This document shows, one piece after another, positions 61,025 to 64,000 of a stretch of 64,000 nt of DNA (positions within the stretch are counted from its first letter, which is position 1; each line of letters opens with the position of its first letter). The DNA is from an uncultured bacterium. Lineage in GTDB: Bacteria > UBP4 > UBA4092. The notes under the pieces were generated by a model. The model saw only the letters and a list, made by a program, of their open reading frames with translations, did no database searches and was not told the origin of the DNA. The position numbers and the translations under genes were made by a program. Where the stretch lies: NCBI GenBank assembly GCA_964644695.1, contig CAZXWN010000003.1:124001-188000 (forward strand), read 5' to 3'.

Positions 61025-61428
61025 TGAATGACTCCTTGGACTTGCTTAACACTCGGCTCAAAGTAAGACCCTCAATCCCCAAAACCTCACTTCTGATGGT
61101 TTATGTATTCAGGGGGCTGGAGAAATGAAGTTAAAATGAATATCGCTTTTCTTATTCAGAACTCAAGTATACCCCGTCAATCAGCCGTTTGCAACGATTC
61201 GGGTTTATTCGAGGGGACAAAATAAGTTATCATATTTATATGATTCGATTATTTTCAAAAATAGCAATTTCTAATCAAGTTCCTCCCTTTCTCGCTGTAA
61301 CGCGTTGATGAAAAAGTCCCAGGAGTAGTGTATCTACACTCCGGGACGACTCCCCACAAGAACATCCTAAACCTTTAACGGGGCCTTTGTGCCCTCTGAT
61401 TATTTCGATTTATAAGGGTAAATCATAT

Positions 61429-62763
61429 ATGAAGTTAAATGAATCTATTCCACAGGTTCCCTCTGTCTCAAAATTGTTACAGATGGCCGGACCTGTCATG
61501 TTATCCCAGGCAACTATTTTTATGTGTGGGATCATTGACCTGATTTTTATCCGGCATTATGGCAGTGTGGCCATCGGTGCCGTGTCTATTTCAAATGTTA
61601 TTGCTGTCACGTTGTTGAATTTCATGGAAGGACTGGGAACCACAACCACCGTCATGGTGAGTAAGTCCAGAGCTGAAAATAATAACGAGGATGCCGGCCG
61701 TCTTTTATCATTGGCGTTGATGCTGGCTCTGGGTATCGGAGCAGTATTTTTCATCAGCGCCAGTTCTCTGAGCCACTGGGTATTTCATTCCGTGGTTGAT
61801 AAGTCCTATGCTGTTTACGGTCAGGGTTATTTGTTTTATGAGTTCTCCGGCTTTTCAGTGTTTCTTGTTTTCATGGTTCTGGCTGGTTATTTCCGGGGGA
61901 TCCAGGATACCCGGACTCCATTAAAAGCAACCCTGTTGATTGGTTTGATGAATATCCTACTGGATGCACTCTTGATAAAAGGGTGGGGGATATTCCCCGG
62001 GTTGGGTGTGCCGGGTTCTGCGTTGGCGACCTGTTTATCCTACCTGTCCGGAGTAATGTATCTGGCCTTCAAGCTCAATAGGCTGCATCATCGGGAAGGG
62101 ACCTCTCTCAAAAATCCCAAACAGGGGCCCTGGAGACAGTTCCTCCGGATGGGGTCTGAAGTCGGATTTTATACGGGGACTTTGAATATTGCCATGTGTC
62201 TGTTTATCGGATTTATAAAGCAGTTAGGTCCGGATTCACTGGCAGCACATCAAGTCAGTTTTCAGATATTCCTGTTGACCTATCTCCCGGCAACGGGATT
62301 CCTGGTGTCGGCAACGATTCTCATTCCGGCACTGGAAACGACAGGTAAGCCTGAACTGGTCAGACAGGGTATATGGCAAATCCTTAAACTCAGTGTATTA
62401 GTGGGTTTTGTTATTTCTCTGGTGTTGGAATCAACGGCGCCCCTGATAGCACGGTTCTTCCTTCCGGGAAATCCGGATGCGGTTCAGCTGGCCCTTCAGG
62501 CTCTCCGCATTGTGGGAATGACTCCCCTCTTTTCCTCAATCTATATGGTACTCCGAGGGGCTTTGACCGGACTGCGAGATACCAGATATATTGCTCTGGA
62601 AGGTTTGGCGAGTAGTTACCTGGTTTTTATTCCCTTAACATTTCTGTTTACGGTTGTTTTGAAATGGGGACTCACGGGAGGATATCTGGCGTTTATGAGT
62701 TGGATCCTGGCTGATTTTATCCTGTTGGGGTCAAGGACCTGGTGGAGGGTTTACAAAAAGTAA
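61429..62763 (+). CDS. MATE family efflux transporter
   Basis: About 12 TMs, IID in TM1, GYFRGIQDTRTP, NILLD..LI.G, GVPGSALAT, GALTGLRDTR; ATG at 61429. Confidence 0.88.
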   Translation: MKLNESIPQVPSVSKLLQMAGPVMLSQATIFMCGIIDLIFIRHYGSVAIGAVSISNVIAVTLLNFMEGLGTTTTVMVSKSRAENNNEDAGRLLSLALMLALGIGAVFFISASSLSHWVFHSVVDKSYAVYGQGYLFYEFSGFSVFLVFMVLAGYFRGIQDTRTPLKATLLIGLMNILLDALLIKGWGIFPGLGVPGSALATCLSYLSGVMYLAFKLNRLHHREGTSLKNPKQGPWRQFLRMGSEVGFYTGTLNIAMCLFIGFIKQLGPDSLAAHQVSFQIFLLTYLPATGFLVSATILIPALETTGKPELVRQGIWQILKLSVLVGFVISLVLESTAPLIARFFLPGNPDAVQLALQALRIVGMTPLFSSIYMVLRGALTGLRDTRYIALEGLASSYLVFIPLTFLFTVVLKWGLTGGYLAFMSWILADFILLGSRTWWRVYKK

Positions 62764-62771
62764 TCCCCTTA

Positions 62772-62807
62772 TTATCCCCCCTCATATCTTTTTGTGAGGG
62801 GGGATAA
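62772..62807. terminator. Stable hairpin after the MATE gene
   Basis: TTATCCCCCCTCA-loop-TGAGGGGGGATAA. Confidence 0.65.
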
Positions 62808-63257
62808 TCACGAATGGGAAACTTTATTGTTAATGAGTGGTCGCGGTGGATAAAGTTGTTGCCGTGGACTGAGTTTTGACCATCAGTTTGTTGGTATCCT
62901 ATATGACAAAACCTCAAACCTAATAAAGAAAATGTTTATTAAAACAGCTTCCTCCTGAAACAGTATTTTCTCTCTGTACCTATTATACTCAACCTTTCTT
63001 GATACTCAAGCGATACCGAGTTTTCATATTTTTAGAATAAATGGATATTTTTATAATATATTATATGAATAATTAAAAAAGCTATAAATGAAAGCGTATT
63101 AATATAATGTATTATATAGGAAAATATATTATATATTAATGCAAATATTTGTGAAAAATTTTACATTATATGAATGATATGATAGGGTTATATGTAAAGT
63201 AAATAAGCATTTTGTTATGAAGTTAATTAAAGGCAAAACGAAATTAAGGAGTATGCT

Positions 63258-63617
63258 ATGAAGATGACTGATTTTGAGTGGTCAAAACCATCAAGCGGTG
63301 GAGAGTTTGTTACTATTGCAAAATATGGGATTTCCTTCAACAAAAAGGCAATTGAAACTCTTGGTACACCAAACTATGTGATGATTGGCTATAACAGAGA
63401 GAAGAAGGTTATTGGAATTGCGCCTGTAGATGAAAAAAGCGGTTTGAACGATGTTTATGCTTTTAAGGAAAAACTAAAACATTCCTATATAAGGATAGGA
63501 AATACTGAGTTTATTGCGAATGTAGTGGCTGATTCAGGTATTGATATTGAAAAGCCAAAAAGGTTTAATGCTGAATGGTTAGAAGACGAAAAATTAATGA
63601 TTGTGAAACTGAAATAA
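63258..63617 (+). CDS. Hypothetical protein, 119 aa, in AT-rich segment
   Basis: AAGGAG ribosome site; beta-strand-like VTIAKYGISFN...VMIGYN...IGIAP; followed by a hairpin at about 63619-63650. Confidence 0.7.
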   Translation: MKMTDFEWSKPSSGGEFVTIAKYGISFNKKAIETLGTPNYVMIGYNREKKVIGIAPVDEKSGLNDVYAFKEKLKHSYIRIGNTEFIANVVADSGIDIEKPKRFNAEWLEDEKLMIVKLK

Positions 63618-63738
63618 CAAGAGCCCATGTGTTCGAGCACATGGACTCTTTAAAAGGCATTGATTGGTGTATAGACAGAAGAGTTGTGGATAATCTTTTT
63701 TCTAAAATCAATACCTTTCTACGAAAGGAGAAAAAAAC

Positions 63739-63870
63739 ATGAAGAATTATCACTATATTTTTACAAAAAGTATTACTTGTAAAAATGGTCGTGTAATTTA
63801 TGCTCATCAATACGGGCTAAAAGCGTTTTACATAAAAGTAAAACGACGCAAAGACCTAGTTTTGACCTAG
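63739..63870 (+). CDS. Small basic protein, 43 aa (absent from the ORF track)
   Basis: AAGGAG site; MKNYHYIFTKSITCKNGRVIYAHQYGLKAFYIKVKRRKDLVLT; terminator follows. Confidence 0.7.
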   Translation: MKNYHYIFTKSITCKNGRVIYAHQYGLKAFYIKVKRRKDLVLT

Positions 63871-63885
63871 TAATCCAATTAACTG

Positions 63886-63920
63886 AAGATAAAGAGGCTC
63901 CACACCTCTTTATCTTTATT
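63886..63920 (+). terminator. Intrinsic terminator
   Basis: AAGATAAAGAGG-CTCCACA-CCTCTTTATCTT followed by a T-rich tail. Confidence 0.7.
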
Positions 63921-64000
63921 TTATACCAAATTATCAAACATGACCTGATTTATGTCAATAGGATAATACCCTCCAAAATAAATTTTGTTTAATTATTACC

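Noticed and set aside
61304-61350. Hammerhead ribozyme or known riboswitch upstream of MATE
   Set aside because: TTGATGA precedes a stem, but the CUGANGA and GAAA core is not intact and no riboswitch consensus was recognised.

Overview
A gene-dense 64 kb bacterial chromosomal segment, probably from a draft or metagenomic assembly (one 100-N gap at 58025-58124). Left to right: (i) a cell-envelope region with four GT-C-type membrane glycosyltransferases around a secreted acidic protein, a histidine phosphatase and a nucleoside phosphorylase (1-10.1 kb); (ii) an exported FAD oxidoreductase, GH20 hexosaminidase, EEP phosphatase and HD protein (10.3-16.8 kb); (iii) a pilin-like gene sharing an unrecognised domain with its neighbour, then a tight four-gene operon in which three paralogous exported proteins with a shared N-terminal YxxPxYP...PxxWK leader precede a radical SAM/SPASM enzyme (16.8-22.6 kb; the best candidate for an undescribed system); (iv) a c-di-GMP/two-component cluster with two diguanylate cyclases, a hybrid kinase, a GAF/PAS sensor without output domain and a 57-aa ferredoxin missing from the ORF track (22.7-34.6 kb); (v) a complete complex I operon nuoA-N with fused nuoE-nuoF (34.8-49.2 kb); (vi) glgA, pdxH, a glycoside-hydrolase-like gene, an Arg/Pro/Gly-repeat protein, an ECF sigma with a FecR-domain partner of unusual topology, a hemolysin-III family gene and a MATE transporter; (vii) an AT-rich edge from about 62.9 kb with two small genes. 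No rRNA, tRNA, CRISPR array or transposase was recognised. All family calls come from reading motifs by eye, not from database searches.
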